A stretch of DNA of 64,000 bases, from the NCBI GenBank assembly GCA_000091205.1, contig AP006485.2; one strand, written 5' to 3'. Below the pieces are notes generated by a model, which was not told where the DNA came from, searched no databases, and saw only the letters and a list, made by a program, of their open reading frames with translations. The stretch is from Cyanidioschyzon merolae. Lineage: Eukaryota. The translations under genes and the position numbers were made by a program. Shown one piece after another: positions 1-11,526 of the stretch (position 1 is the stretch's first letter; each line of letters begins with the position of its first letter).

Positions 1-18
1 GACTGCAGCCGTCGGGTT

Positions 19-1092
19 TTGCGCCAGCGCGCCTCGATCGCTTCGAGAATCGCGCGTGCGTGCGCGATCCGTTTCACGATTCGGGGGGGTATGCTGGCGA
101 GCTCCGGACCGCAAGCATCGTTGTACGTTGGTTGGTGTGTGTTTCGCAGTACCTTCATGGACGTTATCGGAGCCGTGGGTCGACTGAATACACTCTCAGA
201 GGACGTGCTTGTGCGCTGGGTGGACGCGCTTCTGCAGGGTCAGTTCGGAGTGGTCAGCAGGAGCGCGCAGCCGGTGTCGATGCCGCTCTACCGGCGCTTG
301 TTGGCGACGTGGGTCTTCCTTTACCTTGGATCTCTTGTACTTTATTACCTATTTGCGAGTATTGACTACTTTTTGGTGTTCGTGGCGTTTCGTAAGGCTA
401 CCGTAGGCACGAAATACCGTGCAAACTGGCGAGAAATCTGGAGAGAGGTGCGCATGTCGACCTGGTCACTCGCTGTGATGTCGCTTCTCACAACACCAAT
501 AGAGCTTCTGGTGCAGCTGGGGTATACCCGCGTCTATGACGATCCAAGGAAGCACGGGATCTTGTACTTTATTCTCTCCCCCGTGCTATTCTTGGTGTTT
601 AGCGATACCTTGATCTATTTTATTCACCGGGGCCTGCACCACCGCCGCGTGTATCGATTCCTCCACAAACCGCATCATTCATTCATTGATACGACGCCGT
701 TCTCGGCGTTTGCATTCCATCCCCTCGACGGTTTCGCCCAGGGCTTTCCGTATCAGTTATTCGTGTTGATTTTCCCGTTTCACAGTCTCCTACATCTGAT
801 ATCCCTCGCTGTGGTCGGGCTCTGGACGATCAATATTCACGATCGGGTGAGTCTCAGCATCCCCGGGGTGAATGGCGCTGCCCATCATCGCATCCACCAT
901 ACAACGTTTCGTTCCAACTATGGACAGTACTTTACATTCTGGGATCGTGTCTTCGGGACACACAAAGATCCCAAGCAGTGGCATGCGATTCGGTTTCGGG
1001 AGGAGGATGTGTACGGAGCCGCGGCCGGCAAGGGATATCTCCAATCCAAGTGCGTCGTTGCCAACGAGGTCTCGGTCGAAGCTGCGAAATGA
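19..1092 (+). CDS. SC5D: Lathosterol oxidase / sterol C-5 desaturase (fatty-acid hydroxylase superfamily). True start may be M at 91 or 157.
   Basis: Three histidine boxes HRGLHH, HKPHH and HHRIHH. Near-colinear match to SC5D/ERG3 core (IHRGLHHRxVYxxLHKPHH...TPFSAFAFHPLDGF...NGAAHH..HH..NYGQYFTFWDRVFGT). Multiple TM stretches. Confidence 0.88.
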   Translation: MRQRASIASRIARACAIRFTIRGGMLASSGPQASLYVGWCVFRSTFMDVIGAVGRLNTLSEDVLVRWVDALLQGQFGVVSRSAQPVSMPLYRRLLATWVFLYLGSLVLYYLFASIDYFLVFVAFRKATVGTKYRANWREIWREVRMSTWSLAVMSLLTTPIELLVQLGYTRVYDDPRKHGILYFILSPVLFLVFSDTLIYFIHRGLHHRRVYRFLHKPHHSFIDTTPFSAFAFHPLDGFAQGFPYQLFVLIFPFHSLLHLISLAVVGLWTINIHDRVSLSIPGVNGAAHHRIHHTTFRSNYGQYFTFWDRVFGTHKDPKQWHAIRFREEDVYGAAAGKGYLQSKCVVANEVSVEAAK

Positions 1093-1767
1093 CCCCTCGT
1101 CTACGGAGGGCGCGATCGTGACAGAATCGACGATGCCCACTGACGGTCTTTTCGTGCCGCAACATTCGTAAAAGTCCGTGACGTGTTTGTAGTGTACCTG
1201 GGAGTGCACCCGAGCCGACTGCGTACCACGTATGTATCGGAGGCGCGTTTCCAGCACACGGAGCAGAGGCTCTAGTTCTGGCCCCGTTTGCGTACCCGCT
1301 TTCCTCCCTGCAGCGGCAATGAGACGAGCGGTTTGCGCTCTGCGCAGGGCAGTGCGTCCCCGCCGACACTCGCTGGCACTCGAAAAAGAGTGCCCGACAT
1401 TAGCGCGTGGTATTCCCTGCACCGGTGCTGACGCTCAGTCGCTGTCGCGGTGTGCAATACGATGCAACCCTGGAGCCGGCCGCTGGGTACGCCACGACCG
1501 AACAGAGGCGACTTGAACTTTTGCGAGCGAGCTGGAAGCGTGCGTCACCGGCCAGTTTCACCCGCTCGGTGGCAAAACATTGAAGCGGCAACTGCTGGCT
1601 ACCGACCTTGTCCACTTGTCGTTAAGCTGCTGTGGAGGCTTTTTGCTGGAAAGCAAGTCGGAGGCGCCAGGCCCTCGAAGCCGCCCCGTCGTGCTTTCAA
1701 TTTCGACCACTGTAAAAACGGTTTTCATTAGCCTGAACGCACACACATACACATACACAGGTATCTT

Positions 1768-3057
1768 GTGGGCGTATCAGAAATGATCCTCTTTAAAACA
1801 CGCTTCTTCTGGCACAACTTACATGTTACTCGGCGTCTACACAGAGCGGCTGGACTCCTCGTCTCTGCGCGCCAGCTACATCTCCGCATCGACATGTCAG
1901 CGTTGAGGGTGCGGGCTCTAGCGGTACATCCTCTTTGCACTATGTTCGTATTGGCGTACGCAATTTTACCCGGCATTGCTGACGTTCTAGCCAGAAGGAA
2001 ATATGATGCAGTGGTCCTTGATCAGTTTGGTGTGCTGCACGACGGAAAACGTGCCTACCCATTTGCCATAGACTGTGTGCGGGAGCTGCACCGCCGCCAC
2101 GTGCCCTGCGTGGTTGCATCGAACTCTTCTCGTCTCCGTGAGGACTGCCTAGAACAGCTGGAGTCGCTCGGTTTCCGTCGTGAGTGGTTTGCAGGTGCCG
2201 TGACCTCAGGTCAACTGACACAAGACGCTTTGCTGGAGTTGCGACAAGCGCTCCGGAACCGCCAGCGCGAAGAGCCGCCAGCTACCCGAGTCTTCCACAC
2301 GAACTGGACGGATCGCGGCCGCGCAACTTTGCCCTCCCGAAAGCCGGATAATCTTACATACGACTACAAACCAGTCGGTATGCGGGTGGAGGACGCGGAG
2401 CTGGTGGTGACCCACGGGACCGAGGGCGTTACGCAAGAAGACGGCCAGACAGTTGCACCGCTGCCCTATGCGACACTGGTTAGCCTCCTCCGCGAGTGCG
2501 CAAGGCGCCAGCTCCCGCTGTGGTGTAGTAATCCGGACCTCGTAACCGTGGTTGGAGGCGTGAACTACGTGATGCCTGGATCACTGGCCCAGGCGTATGA
2601 GAAAATGCTCGCTGATGAAGACGTCGACGCTGAGACCATTCGGCAGCTCGTCCTTCGATTCGGGAAACCCGAGCTGCCAGTCTATGAGACAGTGCATCGT
2701 ATTCTCGGACTGGAGCCAGTCTGGCGCAAACCGCCAACCATGGTTCACCAATCCACTGCGACAAGAGCGAAAAGCGTGACGGAGGACAAGACCGGAGCTA
2801 GTACACGACTCTTGGCGATAGGAGATTCGCTCTTGCACGACATCTTGGGCGGACACAACGCTGGCATGGACACGGTACTGGTTGCCGGTGGTATCTATGC
2901 GCGAGAGTTCTTCGGCATACCTGCGGACGCCGAAAGCGCTGCATCGATTGTGCTGCAGAACAAATGCGAGATCAAAGCCGCTGCTGTGGAGTACCTGTTG
3001 CATCATTTCGATTCGCCTGTCACGCCAAGTTTTGTTACGGCGTACTTTCGATGGTAA
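1768..3057 (+). CDS. HAD-superfamily hydrolase, subfamily IIA (CECR5 / PNPase-like phosphatase). N-terminal about 60 aa may be presequence or an upstream start artefact.
   Basis: Motif I VVLDQFGVLHDGK (DxxGV), motif II VVASNSS, and C-terminal motif LLAIGDSLLHDILGGHNAGMDTVLV (GDxxxxDI..G) typical of HAD IIA. Confidence 0.7.
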   Translation: MGVSEMILFKTRFFWHNLHVTRRLHRAAGLLVSARQLHLRIDMSALRVRALAVHPLCTMFVLAYAILPGIADVLARRKYDAVVLDQFGVLHDGKRAYPFAIDCVRELHRRHVPCVVASNSSRLREDCLEQLESLGFRREWFAGAVTSGQLTQDALLELRQALRNRQREEPPATRVFHTNWTDRGRATLPSRKPDNLTYDYKPVGMRVEDAELVVTHGTEGVTQEDGQTVAPLPYATLVSLLRECARRQLPLWCSNPDLVTVVGGVNYVMPGSLAQAYEKMLADEDVDAETIRQLVLRFGKPELPVYETVHRILGLEPVWRKPPTMVHQSTATRAKSVTEDKTGASTRLLAIGDSLLHDILGGHNAGMDTVLVAGGIYAREFFGIPADAESAASIVLQNKCEIKAAAVEYLLHHFDSPVTPSFVTAYFRW

Positions 3058-3449
3058 ACGAAGTCGCTGAGAGCACGTATGCTGTACTTGAATCAATTTT
3101 GTGCTGCAATCTTGAGAGCCGTAGAAAAGAGATCAATCCAGCGCTTCCGCTAGCGTGCATCGAAAGGCGATCTACTCTGGATTCCCGGGAGCAACGGGAT
3201 ATAGACCTCGAGCAGACGCCTGCTACAGTGTGACCAAGTTGGCTTTTATGCGTCCGGTGTCGGCAACAGGGTGCATACAACATCGCAATAATGGTTTATG
3301 GTAGGCTTGCCACATGGAGGATCGCTTCAGCGAGCCTGTTGCCCAAAGCGCAAGTCCGGTTATCTGGTCGTGGCGCTGAAGCGTTTGGACCGGAGCAGAG
3401 TGGCAGCCATTGCCTTGCGTGCGGGTTTCATTACAACTGCGTATGCGAA

Positions 3450-4154
3450 GAACCCCGGTTAGACTTTTCGAGTGTATACCATAGAAAAATGGATCACTGT
3501 TGTGAGGTCATTGTAGTTGACGCGTGAACGCGTTCGTGCAACGCTCGGTGCGACTCCACCAGTATCTGCGTCCGTCTATGTGTGTTCGTGTGTATCAGGG
3601 CATATGTTTTTCAACAAGTTCTGCGCACTGCTTTACGACGCACATCAACGCCTGCGAAAAGCGTACACCATACCGTCGATACCGGGACAACGCGCTCAAC
3701 CGCTGCGTCCGTCACTGACACTAGACGTTGAGCCGCGCTCTCAGCTCTCCAGGCATTCATCTGCCGTATTCATGTTGCTGAGACTCCAAGAACTGTAGAC
3801 CTAGCATGACAGTAAATGTTCACGTGCAGAGAGATGAGAAACTGCAGAGAAATACGAACCTTTCATATGTAGATATTAGGGATTGTGTAGCCTGCACAGC
3901 ATATCAAGCTTGTACTGCTCATCTCTACACATCCCATACAAAGCAAAACGAGACCCGGCTCCAGTCTTATATGCCAAATACCTCCTTTCCCGCACCTGCA
4001 ATACCTTGTCAGTTCCATGCGAGTCTCCCATTCAAGAACGTCAAGACGAGAGCCTTGTTGCTACGAAGGTGCCGCGAACACTGCGGCGTCGACCGCATCC
4101 AGAACAATCAGGTTTTCCGTTTAGTTGTTGCCCGAGCGACTGGATGTTTTGGAC
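3450..4154. repeat. 705-bp dispersed repeat, copy 1 (about 98-99% identical to 34454..35157), abutting the 5' end of the EngA-like gene.
   Basis: Direct comparison of the two blocks shows only a handful of substitutions. Six-frame ORFs 3517..3798 / 34521..34802 and 3806.. / 34810.. are near-identical in translation. Confidence 0.9.
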
Positions 4155-4200
4155 GCACAAGTTCGTTTCTGATAGGTACACGCGTCTTCCATCTTTGCCG

Positions 4201-6150
4201 ATGCTGCGACATGACTCTAACCAAAGCGCTGCAGGCTCATCGTCTTTTGTTTGTAGTGGTGACGGTGTGAGGCTGGTGGCACCCCTGCGCTTTGAACGCT
4301 TTTCGCGCAAGCCCAGAGGCTCTCCACAAGCACGCCATCACTATGGCGTCGCCTCGCTGCGTCTGGAACCCGACGGGGTTCCTTCCAGAGTTGCAACCGC
4401 GCGTCTGAAGGCTAGCAGCACACACAAGGAGTCAAACTTGCCTTCCAGTCGACAAGAGCTTGTGCCGAAAAGCTCTGACGATCCGGCGGCTGCCTCTGCA
4501 CTGAGGAACGATGCACAAGCCACCTCACCTGAGACGGATACGGAACCTTCCAGTGATGCTGGTCTCTCCGAAAATCGGACTGCCTCTGACGGTGTTACTG
4601 AGGACTTGTCGATTCGAGGCGAGGCTGTTACAAGCGCAGAAACTGGCCTTCGTGATGAAACGAGCCCTGCAGCTGCCGAGCGCTCCGCAGCAACCTCTGG
4701 AGTTTACCGAAAAAGCTCTTTACCGCTGGTTGCTGTCATTGGACGCCCAAACGTAGGCAAGTCTATGCTCGTGAACCGCATCAGCGGTACCTTTCGCACT
4801 GGTGCTGTCGTAGAGGATACACCGGGTGTTACCCGAGACCGCACGTACCAGTTAGCGAACTGGAGCGGAAGACACTTTCGTGTCGTCGATACCGGCGGTC
4901 TCGTTTTCGAAGACACTCCTGGAGACGTTTTTATTCCGCAAATTCGCCAGCAAGCGCTCATAGCTCTACGTGAGGCGGATGTTGTCGTTCTTGTCGTCGA
5001 CGGCCAGCAGGGCGTTACCACCCTCGACCAGGATATCGCTGTTTTCCTTCGCAAGACTTGCGATGCGCGGGGCATCCTTGGTCGACGTATTCCAATCGTT
5101 GTTGCGGTCAATAAGTGTGAGAGCCAAACGATGGGCGAGGCCCAAGCTGCTGAGTTTTGGGAGCTGGGACTGGGCCAGCCGCTGGCTATCAGCAGTATTC
5201 ACGGCAGCGGTGTCGCAGAATTGCTCGATGAAGTCTGTTACTATTTACCCAATCATGGCGATGATCAGGAGGAGGCGCTATTGTCACAAGAGTCTGGTAT
5301 GCGGCGTGTCGCCATCATTGGTCGACCAAACGTCGGGAAATCGAGTCTGCTCAACGCGCTCCTCGGGGAAGAGCGGGTCATTGTGAGCGCCGTACCCGGC
5401 ACCACGCGAGACGCGATCGATGAGCTCCTCATCCAACGCGACCCTCGCACCGGAAGAGAGACCTGCTACCTGCTCATCGATACGGCAGGCATTCGACGGA
5501 AGAAGAACGTGGAGTACGGCACGGAGTTTTTTATGATCAATCGAGCATTCAAAGCGATTCGTCGTGCAGACGTGGTTCTTTTGGTCCTTGATATGGAAGA
5601 GGGTATCACGGATCAGGACGCGGAGCTGGCGGAGCGTATCGTAGACGAGGGCAAGGCCTGCGTCATCGTTGGGAACAAGTGGGACGCTCTCGGTCGCAAG
5701 GATAATCGTCTCCATAACGAGGCACAACTGCGGGTGCGGGAGCGATTGCCAGTGATCCACTGGGCGGATATGATTTTCGTGAGCGCAAAGACCGGACAAC
5801 GTATTCCACGTATCTTGGCTCTGGTGGACGCTGCAGCGGCACAGCACGCGCGACGCGTGTCAACGGCGGTGCTCAACGAGGTTCTCTTGGAAGCGGTGCA
5901 ATGGCAAGCACCGCCGACGAATCGTCGAGGCCAGGGTGGCAAAATATACTACTGCACACAGGTTGCGGTGCAGCCACCGACCCTGGCCCTCTTTGTGAAC
6001 GATCCTGAACTCTTCCCGGACACTTACAAGCGATATCTAGAGCGCAAGTTCCGTGAAGCGCTTGGATTTACCGGTACACCGATTCGACTGCTGTGGCGAG
6101 CGCGGAAGCGCCGTTCCAAGGCGGCATCCTCGCGAGCGACGCGTAAATGA
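4201..6150 (+). CDS. engA: EngA/Der-type double GTPase, ribosome-biogenesis GTPase of bacterial/organellar type, with an organelle-targeting-like N-terminal extension. The track ORF begins at 3883 but that part lies inside the 705-bp repeat.
   Basis: Two consecutive G domains (G1 [10 protein letters not shown]...DTPG / DTGG; G2 [12 protein letters not shown]...DTAGIRRK...GNKWD) followed by the KH-like C-terminal domain. A Ser/Ala/Thr-rich region precedes GD1. Confidence 0.88.
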   Translation: MLRHDSNQSAAGSSSFVCSGDGVRLVAPLRFERFSRKPRGSPQARHHYGVASLRLEPDGVPSRVATARLKASSTHKESNLPSSRQELVPKSSDDPAAASALRNDAQATSPETDTEPSSDAGLSENRTASDGVTEDLSIRGEAVTSAETGLRDETSPAAAERSAATSGVYRKSSLPLVAVIGRPNVGKSMLVNRISGTFRTGAVVEDTPGVTRDRTYQLANWSGRHFRVVDTGGLVFEDTPGDVFIPQIRQQALIALREADVVVLVVDGQQGVTTLDQDIAVFLRKTCDARGILGRRIPIVVAVNKCESQTMGEAQAAEFWELGLGQPLAISSIHGSGVAELLDEVCYYLPNHGDDQEEALLSQESGMRRVAIIGRPNVGKSSLLNALLGEERVIVSAVPGTTRDAIDELLIQRDPRTGRETCYLLIDTAGIRRKKNVEYGTEFFMINRAFKAIRRADVVLLVLDMEEGITDQDAELAERIVDEGKACVIVGNKWDALGRKDNRLHNEAQLRVRERLPVIHWADMIFVSAKTGQRIPRILALVDAAAAQHARRVSTAVLNEVLLEAVQWQAPPTNRRGQGGKIYYCTQVAVQPPTLALFVNDPELFPDTYKRYLERKFREALGFTGTPIRLLWRARKRRSKAASSRATRK

Positions 6151-7835
6151 GACGCATTTTCCTCGTAGATGAGGACTTGCGATGAACCTGGCCCGCTGTA
6201 CTAAGGCCTGGCGGTCATTTCTGGAGCCGAAATGCGTGCCAGACCCGTGGACGAAATAGCACTTGGCTTCGATGACTTTTATGGCGCGTCTGCTTGGGCA
6301 AACGTGATTCAAAATGACGGCGCCTTTGACTGTATTCGTATGAGCGGTGGGTATGAATCCACCACACACACACACAGACAGATAGAGAGAGAAACTGAGA
6401 TACCAGGCAAACCTGTGATATGACGTAGGTGCTCTGTCTCGGGCGTGCACCTCAATGTTTGGGACGCGTACCATTGTGCTCGATACCTGCCTTTGGGGTT
6501 TGTTCTGCGATCGCGTCCTTTGCCTATCTCTTATGCTCTGCCTTACGTATGCCGATGCCGCCTATACTCCCAGCTCTGTTGTCGGCAATCGGCAGTTACT
6601 GATGACAGCGATAGAGTCCTGGTTTGGGCGCTTTCGGAAGTAATCGACGCATTCCATGCTCAGGCGGAAGTTGCGATCTATGATTCGCTTGCCATGTTCC
6701 TGTTCTTTGCGTACTGCCTCGGTACACGCCTGGCAGCTGTGCCTCTTGGCTCTGCACAGCGGTTCGCGTATGTCGAGCGCACCCGTCTCCCCGAATGCTG
6801 GCCTGTGGCGCGTCAACGCTTGCACGATTGCTCGGTACATGTTCTCGACGGTACACACAAGTCGCCCAGCGATGCGTTGTGCGGTTTTCGCGCCCAGTCT
6901 CGGGCGCCACGATCAACAGCTTCTTCTCTGCGATCAGGCTGGCGAGCACTCTACTCAATAAACGTGCAAGCGTACGCTGTTCGATGGGATCGTGTATCGG
7001 TGGAATGCAGAGCGTCCCATGATGAATCAAGCACTTGAAGCGAAATCCAGGTTGGAGAACGAGTCGGGAGCTTCTGATGCGTCTACGCTCCCTTTGTACC
7101 AAGCTGTGACGCACGCCCTACTGCGAGCGATCACTTGTATGAAGGAAGGTCGCGTGCAATACCCTTCTCCATGCAAAAAAAATAAGAGACGGGAGCCTTC
7201 GCGAGCATATCCCATGTGAGTTATCATGCTGCTGTCGAGTGTTGCTCCGTCGATAGTCAGAGAGGGCGTAGGATTGAAATTTCGATCGGAATCGAGTGTT
7301 CGATTGCGTGAGAAGATCCGTGACCTTCGGTTTGGGCTCGTGAAAAAGTCGTCAACCGACGACGTCGAGTACGTTTGCTCGTCAATCCACTTGGACGATT
7401 TGCAGTGCCCACGAGTAACCCTGAAGTAGAAAGATCGAAATCTTGAAGAATGAATGCATTCAGCGAACGATGCACAAGAAAGGATAAGAATATCGGCTTG
7501 TACGTATGAACTGGTTCATGATATCGGTTATTTTACGGTACTGGAGTCTTGGGTGTCGCAAACAACTCGAACAGCAAAGCGCCGAACAAGCCATTCCGAA
7601 TGAACCACTGATGATCCTAGAACTACTTATGAATCCTGAATCCCCTATGACTGCACTTTGAATGTCGATGCGGTACATCTCAAAGTAGCACGAGAAAAAT
7701 CTAAAGCCAGAAACAGAGGCCTCTAGTTTCCTGTTCTATGCAAATCTACCATGCGTGTCGACGATACTTGTTCTCTCCTCTCGAACATCGGAAGGTTTTT
7801 CTGCGGACAAGTGAAAAGCTTCGGTTGCCGAATCA

Positions 7836-8840
7836 GTGTTCGCTGAAAAGGTTTCGAACAGACGAACGGACGGACGACGTCGTACCGTTTGCATGGTTTC
7901 GCCGGTGGAACCGGGGTTCACTGGCGTTCTGGTTACCACAGCAACGGGACGCGTTTCCAGGGCTTGTCGTGAAGCACTCGAGAGCTTTGCTGAACTCTGC
8001 TCTGAGAACACTGTATGTGAATTTGCTGGTGCTCAGGGCGTTCACGACGATAGCCGACTGCTGGGCGTCCAGACTGCGAACGACAGCGGCACCGCTGACA
8101 CCGCATCGACTCTGAGTCCCAAGCAAGCGACGCCGCAGGCTGCATCGTGGGTCAAAGTCCACGACACCGGCGTGCGGAATACGTTTTTTGTACGCATAGA
8201 GTTGGAGCAGGCACCCAGACCAGTGGAACTGGTGAAACTGCTCTTTGAACAAACGCGAAAGCAGGGTTATGTAGCTGTACCGTCCTGTGAGAGCTTTTTC
8301 CCCATAGATGTTGTTTGCAAAGCCTATACTCGTCACGCGGCACTCGCTTTGGCGGATCATGTAAGCGCATGGTTGCAGGCACCGATGAGCGGTACGCATA
8401 CGAAGCCGTGTCGCTTTGCGGTACGCTTCAGGTCCAGGAATAATGATCGAGTGCAAGCGCACGACTTTATCGACGTTATCTGCCGTCATGCGGTGCCACT
8501 GATTGAGCGGGGCCTCGCTCGAGTGGATCTCACCGAACCGGATGTCATTATTTACGTGCATATTCTGGGAAAGCTGTGCTGCTGCGGTGCAGTGCCTCGG
8601 GAGCTGCACCATCTCTCGTCGCCGCGCCTCAACATTCACGCGTGTATCCCGCGCCTCGCAGTCCAGGAGAAACGGGCCTTCGGGGAGCCACGAATTCATG
8701 CAGAGCCCGTGGCTGATCACTCAGCATCAGGGAAACGTCGGCGAGTAACAGACTCGCAAGCAGAACGAGATGGAAAGAGCACCGGCATTTCATCCTGTGA
8801 TGGTGTTCAAGCTGAGTCGAACGGCGTGCCGCCGCCGTGA
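7836..8840 (+). CDS. THUMP-domain protein (THUMPD1/Tan1-like, tRNA ac4C cofactor). Start may be M at 7893.
   Basis: Colinear motifs against human THUMPD1 (ours/human): RNTFFVRI / NNVVFIRT, FPIDVVCKAY / PISGTCKAF, FAVRFRSRNNDRVQAHDFIDVICRHAV / FQIVYKSRNNSHVNREEVIRELAGIV, RVDLTEPDVIIYVHILGKLCCCGAV / KVDLTNPQYTVVVEIIKAVCCLSVV. Confidence 0.78.
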   Translation: MFAEKVSNRRTDGRRRTVCMVSPVEPGFTGVLVTTATGRVSRACREALESFAELCSENTVCEFAGAQGVHDDSRLLGVQTANDSGTADTASTLSPKQATPQAASWVKVHDTGVRNTFFVRIELEQAPRPVELVKLLFEQTRKQGYVAVPSCESFFPIDVVCKAYTRHAALALADHVSAWLQAPMSGTHTKPCRFAVRFRSRNNDRVQAHDFIDVICRHAVPLIERGLARVDLTEPDVIIYVHILGKLCCCGAVPRELHHLSSPRLNIHACIPRLAVQEKRAFGEPRIHAEPVADHSASGKRRRVTDSQAERDGKSTGISSCDGVQAESNGVPPP

Positions 8841-8899
8841 CGGAACCCCAGCGTCTGGATGCCAGACGGGCGAGTGCTGTCGATACTCGAAGTGTACCC

Positions 8900-9075
8900 G
8901 ACTCTGATGCATCTACGGATGAATCGTTCTCTCGCAGCACCGGCATTGTATGGAGCGGGGAACAGAAAACCAGCACTGTACGCGACTCCGATGCATCTAC
9001 GGATGAATCGTTCTCTCGCAGCACCGGCATTGTATGGAGCGAGGAACAGAAAACCAGCACTGTACGCGACTCCGT
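8900..9075. repeat. 84-bp tandem repeat, about 2.1 copies, in the 3' flank of the THUMP gene.
   Basis: Unit gactc(t/c)gatgcatctacggatgaatcgttctctcgcagcaccggcattgtatggagcg(g/a)ggaacagaaaaccagcactgtacgc repeated head-to-tail, seen as the DSDASTDESFSRSTGIVWS.EQKTSTVR duplication in ORF 8837..9118. Confidence 0.9.
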
Positions 9076-11526
9076 CGTCTCGTACATGGCGCCGTCTTTC
9101 CCCGCATCATACTTGTAGAGCTCTTAGTGGAGACGAATATTGCGCTGTGCATGCGAATGCACGAATCCTCGGACAGTGAATCGCTCTCGGTACATCGCGT
9201 TCGTGCCTGATGATGCCTTGCATTCTGCGAAGGGCGTTCCAAGCGCAACGTTCACGATGCCGCGGCGTTTCACCAGCTGCACTGGAGGATGCTCTCGTGC
9301 AGCACTTGCTCGCACCTGCTTAACGACTAGAGACGCGTAAGCGCGAAGAACATATCGGGGGCGTCACGTTTTCCTCTGGAGCATGGAGATGGATTTCCTC
9401 CTTTTCGAATTCGGGTCAATACAACGTGTGCATGCACTGGAACCCATTGGATGATTGGATGTTGAAGGCACAGCATCCAGGAATGGAACGATCCCCAAGA
9501 TGCTCATCGTCATCTCTGAATCGAATTCGAAGCGGATGTACTCAGGGTTTCAGGGGCACGTACGGCTCGTGACGGCTGCGGTAACTTGGGCAACCCAAAA
9601 TGGTTTGGATAGTGACGTCCTCGTCATACGTCCTCGATAGAGTGCACGCTCGGAAGCGTCGGATGCATCTCGATAGCACTGGGGTTCGATGAAGCAAACC
9701 TCAGCTGATCCTTTCTGAGACTCGCCGTCCTGGATCCGCTGCGTTTCTTGTACGAAGTATCAGACTGAGACCCGGGCGTTTTGATCTCCAGAATATCGAT
9801 TCTGCAGCGTTGCAATGGCACATCAACTTTACCTCGATGCTGGTGCATCCGTTTGCGCTGCTGACATCCGCGACGTCCGACTCTGACGATTGCCAAGGCC
9901 AGCGTGCGGAGATACGATCGCTGTCGACCTGGCGGATGCTTAGGGAATGCATCTGATGTATGGATATTTTGGAGCAGCCTTGATCGCTTGGATCACGGCA
10001 ATAGACTCTGAAATATTGAATCGTGGAGCACTAGTATCGTCTACGCTTTTCGAAGGGAAATCGTTCGCGGTGTGCATAGAGAATCCGTTCCAGCCCTGCT
10101 GGATGGCTGAAACACCCCATGCGAGCGCCTCGCTCCTGGCGAGGATCCCATGTCCCGTTCCATGGGAACTGATGGTTTTGCATCCGTATTATGCCGTGCT
10201 TCAGCGAAATAGCCACACTGAGTATGAAACGATTCCTTCGAAAGTTCACTTGATTCAAAGACGACGTACGCACGGGAAGCTCGAGACATTTTTCCCGACG
10301 CTGATAGGGGCATTCGAGTCTCGCTTGAGAGAGCGCTTGGGCGTATGGTTGCTGGTTGAGCTTCACCAAACCAAGTGTCTCAGATTCGATGACCTAATCA
10401 TGTGATGTTCGATCAGCGCACCGTACTTGACCTTGTGTATACGACTCTGTTTCACACTGTTCTTCTCGATTGGTTTCGTCGTCCAGCTATGCGTATGATA
10501 CGTACCTGCCGTCCTGAGTGCATTGATGGGAATCGTGCAGAATCGATTCCTGCTTGCGTTGTCCGCGCTCGTCGACGAGGCAAGACCGCAGCCCTGACGC
10601 GCCATGAAACGCTCAGCATCGTGGGGTACTCGCGAACGACGAGACTGGTCAGGTGTTTGTTCTTGAAAATCCTTGAACAAGTTGGCGAATGCAGGCATCC
10701 CGTCTTTATACAAACGAAACCGTCGGTGATCCCAGCGCGGTCTCGAGTACTCGTAATCGAGATTGTTTGCTCGATCCATTAGGACGTTTGTGTACTCTCT
10801 ACATGAAGCGTAGAAAGCATCCTCTTCAGTGGATTGGGTACTCCGAGTGCAGAGAAGCGCGCGGACGCCACCATTCTAAACGTTTGCATGCATCCTGGCG
10901 TCCAGCATGCCCGACTCTCGATCATACCGATGCCTAGAAAACGTGGGTACCTCCATCCGCTTTCCATTAAGGCCGTCGGCTCCGCCCTCTTAATTTAGAA
11001 GCGCACTGACGGCGGTGATGTGTTTGAATACGGAAACCACGCACACTAGATCGTCTAGCTCTTCACCTATCTTGAGCGATCGACCGTGAGCTTCGTTACT
11101 CGACTCGCGCCAGGTTTCCGTGGAGTGCTTCCACACGGATGTTCACTCGGTCGCTATCGACGCTGTGAATTTCTTTCGTTTTCATCCTTACAGACGAGAG
11201 ACGTTGGGCGAGCTCCGTCGATTCTCTACTCCGCGACGTTGGAGTGAAGTAGGACTGCTAGTAGAGACAAGTCGAAGCGTTCTGAGAAGGCTATCCAGCA
11301 CAATACCCATGTGCCTACGGCGACATCGTGAGCTTTCAGCTCAGTTTTGTTTCGCCCCTGATGCGATGTATAGCAGGAGATCGAAATCTCGATGCAATGC
11401 GCTGTATAGATCGTCGACGAATTGCCTGTAGGATACGTCTTGTCCTGGACAGTGCGAGGTGGACTGCAATCCTCCTTCACTTCAGTCATAATGAAGTACT
11501 CTGATGGTTGCGGAACATCAAAAGGA

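Noticed and set aside
790-1422. 210-aa and 145-aa minus-strand ORFs overlapping the sterol desaturase gene.
   Set aside because: Antisense to a confidently identified CDS. No recognisable family.
2581-3096. 171-aa minus-strand ORF.
   Set aside because: Antisense to the HAD-IIA hydrolase gene.
3883-4200. N-terminal 106 aa of the track's 755-aa EngA ORF, and the equivalent 34810..35169 part of the 1177-aa ORF.
   Set aside because: These segments lie inside the shared 705-bp repeat and are read in different phases for the two genes. They are open frames by chance, not coding. Starts were moved to the first ATG after the repeat.
7833-8720. 295-aa minus-strand ORF.
   Set aside because: Fully antisense to the THUMPD1-like gene, whose plus-strand translation matches a known family motif-for-motif. 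This is a mirror ORF typical of GC-rich DNA.
9650-9700. A tRNA-like T-loop string (ggggttcgatgaagc).
   Set aside because: No complementary T-stem or acceptor stem around it. No other convincing tRNA candidates spotted by eye; a systematic scan was not possible.
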